Shown piece by piece: positions 51,888 to 61,800 of a stretch of 64,000 nt of DNA (its first letter is position 1; each line of letters opens with the position of its first letter). Both the position numbers and the translations under genes were made by a program. Origin of the DNA: Acidobacteriota bacterium (GTDB lineage Bacteria; Acidobacteriota; Vicinamibacteria; Vicinamibacterales; UBA2999). The stretch is from contig JAEUQR010000141.1 in assembly GCA_016789705.1 (NCBI GenBank), positions 7,175 through 71,174 of the forward strand. The letters run 5' to 3'. The notes under the pieces are model-generated. The model made no database searches and was not told the origin of the DNA. It saw only the letters and a list, made by a program, of their open reading frames with translations.

Positions 51888-53264
51888 TCACAGATCCCAG
51901 ATCCGCCCGCCGTCGTAGAAGGTGATGAGCCCGTCTTCGCTGACCTTCAGCACGGGCCCGAACCGGCTGGCGGCGATGGCGGCAGTCGTGCGCGCGCCCT
52001 CGGCCAGACCGTCCGACTTGGCGTGTTCGCTCGTGAGGGGATGCCTGAGGATGGCGCCCACCGCGAGCATCGCACCATCGGCGTCGGTCACCGTGGCGCC
52101 GTCCAGTGTGGCGAGCGCAGCAAGCACGCTCGGATCGAGTTCGGTGATCGTGCGCCCGGCGAGCAGGTGCAGCAGATCGCGCCGGGAGGGCGCGCCCGGG
52201 GCGGCGGCCGGGCCGACGAGTTCCATGTCGAGGCGGTCGGCGGCGGCCACGAGCTGGGCCAGCGACTCGATCGGCCGGCGCAGCACGACGAAGAGCGCGC
52301 CCTGCCGCGCGTCTGACAGGTCGAGCGCCGTGCGGAACACCCGCTCGGCCAGCGCGGCGTTGCCCACCGCCGACTGCCAGAGCGCGTACTTCGAGTTCTG
52401 GTCGAGGAGCCGCCAGTCGGCGTGGCTGAAGCTGAAGACCTGGGCGCCGTCGGAGAAGACCTTGATCTCTCGCCGCGGGTTGAGCACGACGCAGACGTGC
52501 GGCCCGGCCACCGTGGCGCGCGCGTGGCCGCCGTAGGTCTGCGCGCAGGGCACGTCGAGCCCCGCCGCAGGTCCGGCTGCCGCGGCCCAGCGGTTGATGT
52601 CCACGATGTCGAGCAGGCGCCCGGCGCGGTTCACGAGGAACACGGTGCGCAGGCCGTCGGCCAGCCGGTAGAAGCTCTTGATGGAGGCGAGCGCGCCCGT
52701 GTAGTGCAGCGCGTCGCGTTCAGCCGCGGGATAGTGCCCCACCGGGTCTTCATCGGTACCGAGCAGGAGGACACCGGTGGAAATCGGCTGGTTCTCGTAG
52801 GTCGAGAGCGCCGCCACGCGCATCATCTCGATGGCCAGCGCCACGCGGTCGGGCGCCGCCGGCACGCCGGCCTGGAACTGGTAGGGCGCGCGGTCGAAGA
52901 ACGCGCCGATGTAGCGGTCCTCGATTTCGCCGCGAAAGAGGTCCTCGCGCTCGACCATGAGCTGCGGGCTCAGAATGGCCCGGTATCTGGCCGAGAGCAC
53001 GGCGCCGATGGCCCGGGCGAACCGCACTTCGTGAGGCGTGAACGGCCGCGACGGCGGCACGCGGAGGGTGTAACGGGTGCCGAACCAGCGCACCGACAGG
53101 GCGGCCGGGTCGCCCGTGGGCTCGATGGCCAGACGGCCGTCCGAGGACGGTGAGGGGACGGCTTCGGTTTCGAGCGCGGCGCGCTCGAAGAACTGCGTCA
53201 GGGCCGACTGGAGCAGGCTGTCGTACTGGGCTCCTACGGCGAGAGCGGGCGGCAGCGGCGGCAT
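51888..53264 (-). CDS. Hypothetical protein with degenerate diadenylate cyclase (DisA_N/DAC)-like C-terminal domain
   Basis: Start chosen at MPPLPPALAV. The C-terminus RQGALFVVL...LDGATVTDADGAMLAVGAIL...EGARTTAAIAASRFGPVLKVSEDGLITFYDGG parallels the DAC core (GALIVI / HDGAVII / GTRHRAA / IVVSEETG.IS), but RTT replaces RHR. Confidence 0.45.
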   Translation of the reverse strand: MPPLPPALAVGAQYDSLLQSALTQFFERAALETEAVPSPSSDGRLAIEPTGDPAALSVRWFGTRYTLRVPPSRPFTPHEVRFARAIGAVLSARYRAILSPQLMVEREDLFRGEIEDRYIGAFFDRAPYQFQAGVPAAPDRVALAIEMMRVAALSTYENQPISTGVLLLGTDEDPVGHYPAAERDALHYTGALASIKSFYRLADGLRTVFLVNRAGRLLDIVDINRWAAAAGPAAGLDVPCAQTYGGHARATVAGPHVCVVLNPRREIKVFSDGAQVFSFSHADWRLLDQNSKYALWQSAVGNAALAERVFRTALDLSDARQGALFVVLRRPIESLAQLVAAADRLDMELVGPAAAPGAPSRRDLLHLLAGRTITELDPSVLAALATLDGATVTDADGAMLAVGAILRHPLTSEHAKSDGLAEGARTTAAIAASRFGPVLKVSEDGLITFYDGGRIWDL

Positions 53265-53386
53265 CGGAGGTCGGAAGATGCGATCATAGTGCACGGGCGG
53301 ACGCCCCGGGAGCAGGCCGCGATCTGGCGGCAGCCGTGCTGGACGCCATGTGACATGATGTGGCACACTTCTTGTTTGGAGCCCAC

Positions 53387-53605
53387 TTGAGCAAAGACGA
53401 TCTGATCGACATGCAAGGCACCGTCGTGGCGGTGCACAGCGGCGGCCTGTACCGGGTGCAGACCGAATCCGGCCACGAAGTGCTGGCGCAGCTCAGCGGC
53501 CGCATGCGGCGGTTCCGCATCAAGGTCGTCCCCGGCGACCGTGTCACCGTCGGCGTGTCGCCGTACGATCCCGTCCGCGGGATCATCACGTTCCGCGCCC
53601 GGTAG
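53387..53605 (+). CDS. infA: Translation initiation factor IF-1
   Basis: TTG start with GGAG 5 nt upstream. 72 aa: SKDDLIDMQGTVVAVHSGGLYRVQTESGHEVLAQLSGRMRRFRIKVVPGDRVTVGVSPYDPVRGIITFR, the classic S1-fold IF-1 pattern. Confidence 0.9.
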   Translation: MSKDDLIDMQGTVVAVHSGGLYRVQTESGHEVLAQLSGRMRRFRIKVVPGDRVTVGVSPYDPVRGIITFRAR

Positions 53606-53616
53606 CCAGGGCCGCC

Positions 53617-54885
53617 TTGACGTCCGCGAACTCCTCTCCTCCTCCTCACCGTCGCCGCGGTGGCGCCGTTCGGGGCCGCCGCCGCAGCTCGTCCGCACCG
53701 GTCGGCGCGCCCGCGCCCGAGATCGCCTCGGACATTCCGTGGGAACTCGGCGACGACCTGCCGCCCACGACCTTCAAGAACCTCGGGCTGGACTCGCGCC
53801 TCATGGCCGGCTGCGCCGACATGGGCTACGAAGACACGCGGCCCGTGCAGACCGCCGTCATCCCGATGGCCCTCGAAGGCAAGGATGTCGTGGCCTGCGC
53901 CGAAACCGGCACCGGCAAGACGCTCGGCTTCGTCGTGCCCATCCTGCAGCGCCTGCTCACCGAACAGCCGCCTTACGGCGATGCCCAGCGCGAACCCTAC
54001 ACGCGCGCCCTCATCCTCGCGCCGACGCGTGAGCTCGCCTCGCAGATCGAAGACACGATCGTCGGCCTGACCTATCACACGCCGTGTTCGAGCGTGCCGG
54101 TCTACGGCGGCGTCGAAATGGGACCGCAGGAACGCGCGCTCAAGGCCGGCGTGGACATCGTCGTGGCGACGCCGGGCCGCCTCATGGATCACATGCGGCA
54201 CGACTCGGTGGACTTCACGCGCGTGCAGACGCTCGTGCTCGATGAAGCCGACCGTATGCTCGACATGGGCTTCTGGCCGGATGTGCAACGCATTCTCGGC
54301 GCGCTGCCGAAGGATCGGCAGACGCTGCTCTTCTCGGCCACCATGCCGAATGAGATCGTGAAACTGGCCAAGGAGATGCAGCGCAGCGCGCGCTACGTCC
54401 AGATCGGCCGCCGCACGGGCGCCGCCCGCACCATCACGCATGCGATGGAGGAAGTGGAGACGCGCGACAAGATCGACCGTCTCGCCCGCTTCATCCGCGG
54501 TGAGGCCGATGGCCCGGTGCTGGTGTTCGTGCGCACGAAGATCGGCGCCGACAAGGTGGCCCGGTCGCTGCAGGCCAAGGGCGTGCGCGCCGCGGCCCTG
54601 CACGCCGACCGCACGCAGATCGACCGGCAGCGCGCCGTCGAGGGCTTCCGCTCCGGGCTCCACCCGGTGCTCGTCGCCACCGACATCGCCGCCCGCGGAC
54701 TCGACATCGACGGCATCGCGGTGGTCGTGAACTTCGAAGTGCCCGACACCAAGGAAAGTTACGTGCACCGCGTCGGACGCACGGGCCGCGCCGGCTCGAG
54801 CGGCCGCGCGCTCACACTCGTCGCGCCGGATCAGCGGCGCGAATGGAAGGCCATGGAGACCGCGCTTGGACTCGAACTCGCCTAG
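53617..54885 (+). CDS. DEAD-box ATP-dependent RNA helicase (RhlE-like)
   Basis: Q-motif region FKNLGL...PVQ; AETGTGKT, PTRELA, DEAD, SAT, HRVGRTGRAG. The exact start is uncertain (the track uses TTG at 53617). Confidence 0.9.
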   Translation: MTSANSSPPPHRRRGGAVRGRRRSSSAPVGAPAPEIASDIPWELGDDLPPTTFKNLGLDSRLMAGCADMGYEDTRPVQTAVIPMALEGKDVVACAETGTGKTLGFVVPILQRLLTEQPPYGDAQREPYTRALILAPTRELASQIEDTIVGLTYHTPCSSVPVYGGVEMGPQERALKAGVDIVVATPGRLMDHMRHDSVDFTRVQTLVLDEADRMLDMGFWPDVQRILGALPKDRQTLLFSATMPNEIVKLAKEMQRSARYVQIGRRTGAARTITHAMEEVETRDKIDRLARFIRGEADGPVLVFVRTKIGADKVARSLQAKGVRAAALHADRTQIDRQRAVEGFRSGLHPVLVATDIAARGLDIDGIAVVVNFEVPDTKESYVHRVGRTGRAGSSGRALTLVAPDQRREWKAMETALGLELA

Positions 54886-55153
54886 CGATCCGCCCGTCAC
54901 CGGTGCGCCGGGCGGCGAGGCGCCGGCGCTGTCGCAGGGGCAGACGCGATTCAATACCTGCCGGTGGCAGCGCGCCGCCGAGGGCGACACCCCGGCCTGC
55001 TGCGGGCATCGCGACGTACTGCCGATGGCGGGCACGACCGGCTTCAACCCCGATTCGTGGTGTGCCGACTGCGAGTACTACAAGGTGAAACGCGCCCCGA
55101 AGGCGCGGCCGCCGGCTCCGGCTTCGTCGTCGTACCCGCGCTGGAACGACTGA
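54866..55153 (+). CDS. Small cysteine-rich hypothetical protein (possible zinc-binding)
   Basis: 95 aa: ...RFNTCRWQRAAEGDTPACCGHRDVL...NPDSWCADCEYYKVK. Third codon positions are strongly GC-biased (my codon-by-codon reading), consistent with real coding. Overlaps the helicase end by 20 nt. Confidence 0.45.
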   Translation: MDSNSPSDPPVTGAPGGEAPALSQGQTRFNTCRWQRAAEGDTPACCGHRDVLPMAGTTGFNPDSWCADCEYYKVKRAPKARPPAPASSSYPRWND

Positions 55154-55159
55154 GCGCGG

Positions 55160-56032
55160 CTAGCGCGCGGGCGGCGGCTCGTCGCCGAATTCCTTCGCCA
55201 GGTCCACCCACTCGCCCTCGGGCGCGAGGAACTGGTACGCACGCCAGTGCTGCCGGGCTTCGGCCGACCGCCCGAGCTTCTCGAGCGTGACCGCCAGATA
55301 GAAGTGCCCCTCGGCGTACTGCCCGTTGAGGGACAGCGCACGCCGGTAGGACTCGACGGCCTCGGCGTGTCGCCCCAGATCGTGATGGATGTTGCCGAGG
55401 TTGAAGTGCGCCTCGAAGAAGCTGTCGTCGAGACGCAAGGCCCGCTCGTACAGCGCCTGGGCTTCCGGCAATTCGTCACACGCGTAGCGGATGTTGGCGA
55501 GGTTGATGATCGCGGCGACCAGGTCCGGATCGTCGTGCAGCGCCTTGCGGTAGGCGCGCGCCGCTTCCTGCTGCCGGTCGGGCGTGCCATCGTCGAGCAG
55601 CGAGCCTTCGAGGAACTGCTGCTCGGCCGGCGTGAGCGCGCGCGTGCCGTCGAGCGTCACGTCGGCAATCGACGACTTGGCCGCCGCCACCGGCGGCTGC
55701 TTCTTCGCGAGCGCGATGATGCGCGCCGGTTCGGCGTCGAGGCGGAAGTCGAAGGCGAGCTGGCCCTGCCGCTGGGCCTGCAGCTCGCGCAGCGCGGCGC
55801 GGAAGGCGATGCCGCGCTGCAGTTCGCTGTGAATCTGCCGCAGCAGGCTCAGGTCGGCGAACGAGAACTGCGTGCCGCCGCCCCGCTGCCCGGGCGTGAT
55901 GAAGCCCCATTTCTGCAGGTAACGCACGTGGTCTTCACGCAGCGCCGGATACATGCCGAGCACGTCGCGCGGCCCGGGTGTCGGGATCGCCGCCGCAGGT
56001 GGTGCGAGAGTGTCAGTGGGCTCGGCGGACAT
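55160..56032 (-). CDS. MerR-like HTH protein fused to TPR repeats
   Basis: Start at MSAEPTD. The N-terminus (REDHVRYLQKWGFITPG...FSFADLSLLRQI) is MerR-like. The C-terminus has TPR repeats: AYRKALHDDPDLVAAIINLANI, ALYERALRLDDSFFEAHFNLGNI, SYRRALSLNGQYAEGHFYLAV. Confidence 0.65.
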   Translation of the reverse strand: MSAEPTDTLAPPAAAIPTPGPRDVLGMYPALREDHVRYLQKWGFITPGQRGGGTQFSFADLSLLRQIHSELQRGIAFRAALRELQAQRQGQLAFDFRLDAEPARIIALAKKQPPVAAAKSSIADVTLDGTRALTPAEQQFLEGSLLDDGTPDRQQEAARAYRKALHDDPDLVAAIINLANIRYACDELPEAQALYERALRLDDSFFEAHFNLGNIHHDLGRHAEAVESYRRALSLNGQYAEGHFYLAVTLEKLGRSAEARQHWRAYQFLAPEGEWVDLAKEFGDEPPPAR

Positions 56033-56103
56033 CGACGTACCAAGATGGCGAATGTGATGGCACCGTGTCAACGCATGATCGTGCCCGCGCATACACTATT
56101 GCG

Positions 56104-57063
56104 ATGATTCTCGCGGCTGACGTCGGCGGCTCGAAAACGCTCGTGGGGCTGTTCGAGGAGGCGAGGCCGCGCCCCGTGCTGCGCGCTGTGCGCGAGCTCC
56201 GCACACTCGAGCACAGCGGACTGCCGGCGCTGCTCGACGCCGCGTTCGGCGTGCGCGATCCGCGCATCACGCGTGTCGCCCTGGGGATCGCCGGGCCGAT
56301 CGTGGACGGCGAAGTCACGATGACCAACGTGCCATGGCGGGTGCGGCACGACGAGATGGTCGAGGCCACCGGCGAAACGCGCCTGCGCCTCCTGAACGAT
56401 CTCGAGGCGATGGCATGGGCCGTGCCGGTGCTCGGCACGAGCGAGCTGCACACGTTGCAGGCAGGCACACCGAATCCGTCCGGCAACGCCGCGCTCATCG
56501 CCGCCGGCACCGGCCTCGGCGAGGCCATCCTGCACCGTGTCGGCGAACGTCTGTTGCCCGTGCCGTCGGAAGCCGGGCATGCCGATTTCGCGGCCCGCAC
56601 GGACGCGGAGCTGGCGCTCGTGCGGGCGATTCGCGCCGAGGTCGGCCGCGTCGACATCGAACGGGTCGTCTCGGGCATCGGCCTCGTGCACATCGCCGCA
56701 CACCGGCACGGCGGCAACACCTGCGCGGTGGCCGGCCGCTTCGCCGAACGCGACGGCATCGCGCGCCTGTCGCAGGCGGCCGCGGCAGGCACCTGCGCGC
56801 ACTGTGCAGCCGTGATGGACCTCTTCGCCGACGCCTATGGCGCCGAAGCCGGCAATCTCGCGCTCCGCGCCGTCGCCACGGCGGGCCTCTACGTGGGCGG
56901 CGGCATTGCGCCGAAGATCCTGCCGCTGCTCGAGCGCCGCTTCATGGCGCCGTTCCTCGACAAGGCGCCAATGACGGCGCTCCTCGCGACGATGCCGGTG
57001 CACGTCATCCTGAACGAACAGGCCGCACTGCTCGGCGCCGCCGTCGCTGCCCTCGATATGTAA
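56104..57063 (+). CDS. glk: Glucokinase (Glk family)
   Basis: MILAADVGGSKT...GIAGPIVDGEVTMTNVPW...LLNDLEAMAW...AGTGLGEA...SEAGHADFA... Confidence 0.85.
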   Translation: MILAADVGGSKTLVGLFEEARPRPVLRAVRELRTLEHSGLPALLDAAFGVRDPRITRVALGIAGPIVDGEVTMTNVPWRVRHDEMVEATGETRLRLLNDLEAMAWAVPVLGTSELHTLQAGTPNPSGNAALIAAGTGLGEAILHRVGERLLPVPSEAGHADFAARTDAELALVRAIRAEVGRVDIERVVSGIGLVHIAAHRHGGNTCAVAGRFAERDGIARLSQAAAAGTCAHCAAVMDLFADAYGAEAGNLALRAVATAGLYVGGGIAPKILPLLERRFMAPFLDKAPMTALLATMPVHVILNEQAALLGAAVAALDM

Positions 57064-57141
57064 TGGCCCGGCCCCGTCCGGCACGGAATCGGCGCAGGTT
57101 TCATGCCATTGGAGGCCGGGCAACCGGACGGGCGCCCGCCG

Positions 57142-58848
57142 TCAGGCCGCGGCCTGACGCACGGCCGTCTGCAGGTCGGCCAGCGTGCCGCGCGCGGCGG
57201 GATCGGCGGCGAGGCAGCGCATGATCGCCGCGGCGGCCGACGCCGGAAGGCCGGGCGCAGACACCGCCGGCGGCGCGCCGGCGAACATCGCGCCGATGAG
57301 TTCCGGCAGAGTAGGCGCCTGGAACGGCAGGCGGGCGCTCGCGAGCTCGTAGGCGACGACGCCGATCGTGAAGAGGTCGGCGCGCGCATCCGGCGGACGC
57401 CCGGTGAGCACTTCCGGCGCCAGGTAGGGCAATTCGAGTTCGTTGGCTTCGACGCCGCGCAGTTCCGTCTCGCGCATCGTCGCCAGCACGTCGCTCAGCA
57501 CGCGGATGCCGCCGCTCGTGAGCACGAGATGTTCGGCGCCGGCGTCGCCGGTGACGCGAATCGTGTCGGGATTGACGCCGGTGAGCAGCCCGCCGTGGCG
57601 GTGCAGCGCGCCGGCCGCGTCGGTCATCTGCAGGACCATGCGCCGCGTCCGCGCCCACTCGAGCCCGCCGCCGGCGATCACTGCCCGCAGGCTGGGGCCG
57701 TCCACGAGGTCGGTCACGACGAACACACCGCTGGCGTCTTCGCCGTAGTCACGCACGTTGAGCAGGTGTGGATGCCGCACCTGGAGCGTGCGCGCCTCCT
57801 GCAGGAACCGCGCGCGCAGCGCGTCCCACTGCGTCTGCCCTTCACGCTTCAGATGACGGATGGCGACGGGGATCGAGAGCGCCCGATGCGTGCCACGCCT
57901 GACGATGCTGCCGAGACGTCCCGGGCCCAGGACATCGCCGAGGTCGTAGCGTGCCAGCAGCCCGTCGCCGTCGAGCGTTCCGCCGGTGTCGTCCGACGGG
58001 CCCGCCGCATCGAGCGCGTCGAGCAGCGCGTCCACGAATGCCGACACGCTCGGCCAGCGTTCGCCCGGCACGCGGGTCATGCCGCGGGCGATGACGGTAT
58101 CGACGCCCGGCGGCAGCCCCGGCCGCACCGACGAGGGAGGCGAGGTCGTGCCGCTCATCACCTGCTGCGCGAGTGCCATCGGCTCCGGCGCCTCGAACGG
58201 CCGCCGGCCCGTGAGCATCTCGTAGGCGATGACGGCGAGCGAGTACTGGTCGGAGGCGGGGCTCACGGCGTCGCCGGCCAGCTGTTCCGGCGGCGCGTAG
58301 GCGATGGTGCCGAGGAAGGTGAACGGCAGCGTGAGTCGGGTGACATCCGGCGCCGCCGCCATCGACGCCAGGCCGAAGTCGATCACCTTGTAGACGCGAT
58401 CCCCCGACCCGTAGCGGTGCGCCACGATATTGGCCGGCTTGAGGTCGCGGTGCGTGATGCCGTGGTCGTGGGCGAGCTGCACCGCGCTCGCCACGACGCG
58501 CAGCACTTCGGCCGCGCGGGCCGGCCCGAGCGCGCCGCCAAGGTCGAGTTCATCGCGCAGACTCGGCCCGCTCAGCAGTTCCATGACCAGGAACGGCCGC
58601 CCTTCGGCGTCCATGTCGAAGTCGAGGATCGAGACGATGTGCGGGTGGCGGAGCTGCGCCGAGGCGCGGCTCTCGCGCAGGAACCGTTCGCGCGCCTCGC
58701 GGTCGGCGTCGGGCGACAGCAGCACCTTCAGCGCCACCTCGTCGCCGAGCGTGACGCGGCGCGCCTTGTAGATCTGCCCCATGCCCCCGGCGCCGAGCGG
58801 GCCGAGGATCTCGTAGCGGCCGTCGATGACGTGGCCGGGGGGCAGCAC
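57142..58848 (-). CDS. Cytoplasmic tandem protein: active Hanks-type Ser/Thr kinase domain followed by a pseudokinase domain
   Basis: Domain 1: GAGGMGQIY, VALKVL, HRDLKPANI, DFGLA, YAPPE. Domain 2: GPGRLGS, VAIRHL (Lys to Arg), HRHGGLLTGVNPDTI (no HRD Asp), no DFG, YLAPE retained. No TM segment is visible. Confidence 0.8.
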   Translation of the reverse strand: MLPPGHVIDGRYEILGPLGAGGMGQIYKARRVTLGDEVALKVLLSPDADREARERFLRESRASAQLRHPHIVSILDFDMDAEGRPFLVMELLSGPSLRDELDLGGALGPARAAEVLRVVASAVQLAHDHGITHRDLKPANIVAHRYGSGDRVYKVIDFGLASMAAAPDVTRLTLPFTFLGTIAYAPPEQLAGDAVSPASDQYSLAVIAYEMLTGRRPFEAPEPMALAQQVMSGTTSPPSSVRPGLPPGVDTVIARGMTRVPGERWPSVSAFVDALLDALDAAGPSDDTGGTLDGDGLLARYDLGDVLGPGRLGSIVRRGTHRALSIPVAIRHLKREGQTQWDALRARFLQEARTLQVRHPHLLNVRDYGEDASGVFVVTDLVDGPSLRAVIAGGGLEWARTRRMVLQMTDAAGALHRHGGLLTGVNPDTIRVTGDAGAEHLVLTSGGIRVLSDVLATMRETELRGVEANELELPYLAPEVLTGRPPDARADLFTIGVVAYELASARLPFQAPTLPELIGAMFAGAPPAVSAPGLPASAAAAIMRCLAADPAARGTLADLQTAVRQAAA

Positions 58849-58857
58849 CCGCCCAGT

Positions 58858-61800
58858 CTACACGTGCGCGAGGGGCTGCGGCGCGCGCGCCAGCACGTGC
58901 GCCAGCCACAGATCGGCGATGCGCTCCTGCACGCTGTTCTGCTTGAGGCGCGCCCGCAGGTTGGCGAAGTCCACGCGGTCGAGTTCCTGGTCCTGGTTGT
59001 AGCAGGAGAACACGAACTCCTCGCGGCCGGTCGCCGGATCGACGTGGCGCTGCAGGCACTGGGCGCAGACTTCCTTCATCATGCACTGCATCGGCGAGTT
59101 GATGCTGCCGATGGCGACGTGCGGCGTCAAATGCGGCGCGAGCACGCCGTGCCGCGCCCCCTGCACCGCGTGCATCATGCGGTCGGAACCGATGGCGATA
59201 ATGCGCGAGACCGACGGCAGCGGCACGACGGCGCCGCCCAGCCGGCCCTCGGCGTAGGCCAGCATCGCCTGGACGATGTTCCCGCGGAAGTGCCGGTCCT
59301 GCGGCCGCCCGGGCGCGATCTCGACGCCGGTGTCGGTGGCCCAGATCACCTGATCGGTGGCCGCCTCGATGTCTTCGCGCTTGAAGAGGTCGGCGCCGTT
59401 CTTGTAGCCGGCGAAGTAGAGCACGCGGCTGCCGCGCGCCTTGAGCGCGCGGGCGATGGAGAAGAGCACCGCGTTGCCCAGCCCGCCGCCGGCGAGCAGG
59501 ACCGACTCGCCGTCGGGAATCTCGGTGGGCGCGCCGGTCGGGCCCATCACCACCACGGGCTCGCCGGGCTGCAGGTAGCCGCAGAGGCGGCTCGACACGC
59601 CCATCTCGAGCGTGATGAGCGACAGCAGCCCCCGTTCGCGGTCCACCCACGCGCCGGTGAGGGCGATGCCTTCCATGACGAGCGACGAGACCTGCCCGTC
59701 AGTCGTGATGCGCGCGCTGCCGCGTTCGAAGTTCTGGAGCCGGTAGAACTGCCCCGGCTCGAAGTAGCGCGCCGCTGCCGGCGCCTTCACGATCACTTCG
59801 ATGATCGTCGACGTCAGGCGCTCCACGCGCTCGACGCGGGCGAGCAGGTCGTGATCGAAGCGCGCGACGAGCGCGTGCCAGGCGGCATCCCGCGCCGGCT
59901 GCGCCGCCGGATCGAGCGCAGCCAGGTGCTCGGCGAAGAGCGCCACCACGTGGTGGTAGCCGTGTTTGGCCGAGGCCATGGCCTTGACGACGTTGCCGTT
60001 GTAGCGTGGATGGTTGTCGCCGTAGTAGCTGACGAAGCGGCCCTCGCGCGCGTAGGACGTGAAGAAGCCCTGCGCGTCCTCGACGAGCGCGCGCGCGCCG
60101 CTGGCGTCGCGCTCGACGCGGTAGCCCCTGAAGTATTTCGCCTTGCCGTCGAGGGCGAACGTGCCGGGATGTTCCTTCTCGTAGGTCACGTTCGGCGCCG
60201 TGCCGGCGGCCACGAGCACGGTGCGCGCCGGCAGTTCCACACGCTCGCCGCCGCTCCTGAAGATCATCGCCCGCGCGTGGCCGAAGGCGTCGGGCACGGC
60301 TTCCACGGGCTCGAGGTTCTCGGCGAAGGTGATGCCCTCTTCGAGCGCCTTGGCCACTTCTTCGTGGTTCAGGCGGTAGGCCGGGGCATCCTGCAGGCGC
60401 TTGCGGTAGGCGAGCGTCACGCCGCCCCACTGCCGCACGAGCGGCACGAAGTCGGGCGCTTCACCGGCTGCCGCGGCGCGGGCTCGTTCGGCGCGCACGG
60501 CGCGGCCGTGCGCCAGGAACTCATCGAGGATGCCGCGTTCCTCGTCGTCGAACGTCCGCCGTACTTCGGCGTCGCCGACCGTGGCCACGAGCGCCTCGTA
60601 GCGATCGAGCATCTTCTCGACCTGCAACGGGTAGTAAGCCAGCAGCTCCGTGGCCGTATCGACGCCGGTGAGGCCGCCGCCGATGACCACCGCCGGCAGG
60701 CGCACCTGCAGGTTCGACAGCGCATCGGCCTTGAAGGCGCCGGTCAGCTGCAGCGCCATCAGGAAGTCGCTGGCCTTGCGGATCCCGCGGATGAGATTGT
60801 TTCTGATGTCGATGATCGTCGGACGGCCGGCGCCGGCGGCGATCGCCACGTGGTCGATGCCGTTGGCCCAGGCGTCGTCGATCGGGAGCGCGCCCCCGAA
60901 GCGGACGCCGCCGTAGATCCTGAGGCGAGTGCGCCGCGCCAGCGTCAGGTGGATGAGCGACAGGAAGTTCTTGTCCCAGCGCACCGTGATGCCGTACTCC
61001 GACACGCCGCCGAACCCTTCGAGCACACGCTCGTCGAGCGGACGGTAGATGTCGGACCACCGCGCAATCGGCTGCGGCGCCACGCCGGGTCTGCCGGCCA
61101 GCGCCGGGTCGGGCGGCTCGATCTTCAGGCCGTCGATGGCCACGACACCGAAGCCTTCGTTGAGCAGGTAGTGCGAGAGCGTGTAGCCGGCCGGGCCGAG
61201 GCCCACGACGAGCACGTTCTTCCCGTTGTACGGCAGCGCGTGGGGCCGCACGTGGTTGAGCGGGTTCCAGCGCGTGAGCAGCCCGTAGATCTCGACGCCC
61301 CAGGGCAGGTGCAGCACGTCGGTGAGCGCGCTCGTTTCGATCTGCGGGATGTTGACGGGTTCCTGCTTCTGGTAGATGCAGGCCTTCATGCAGTCGTTGC
61401 AGATCCGGTGGCCGGTGCCCGGGCACATCGGATTGTCGAGCATCACGAGCGCCAGCGCGCCGAGCACGTCGCCGCGCTTGCGCAGCAGGTGCATCTCCGA
61501 GATCTTCTCGTCGAGCGGGCAGCCGGCCAGCGGAATGCCGAGGGCGTTCGACGTGACGGCGCCCTGCTTGTCGGTGATGCCCTTGCTGCAGCTGTCCTTG
61601 TCGCGCTCGTGGCAGAGCACGCAGTAGTGCACTTCGCTCAGGACCTCGCGCGTCGAGTAGCGCGGGTCGGTAAGCGTGAAGCCGTCGCGGCGGCGGCGCA
61701 GCGCGTCGGGGCCGGCCACCACGTTCGGCAGCGCCTGATTCGGCCGCGTGATGTGCACGAGGTGCTCGGCGTCGAGGTTCTCGGGGAACTTGAAGACCAC

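Noticed and set aside
53361-53375. Sigma-54-like motif TGGCAC-N5-TTGT upstream of infA.
   Set aside because: The -12 element is GT instead of the near-invariant GC. The predicted start would fall at or after the GGAG ribosome-binding site (53378-53381) of a housekeeping gene. I treated it as a chance match.
57072-57133. 9-bp inverted repeat (CCCGTCCGG ... CCGGACGGG) between convergent glk and the kinase gene, as a terminator.
   Set aside because: The arms are separated by about 42 nt and I could not find convincing internal pairing. In GC-rich DNA a 9-mer complement at this distance is not compelling.
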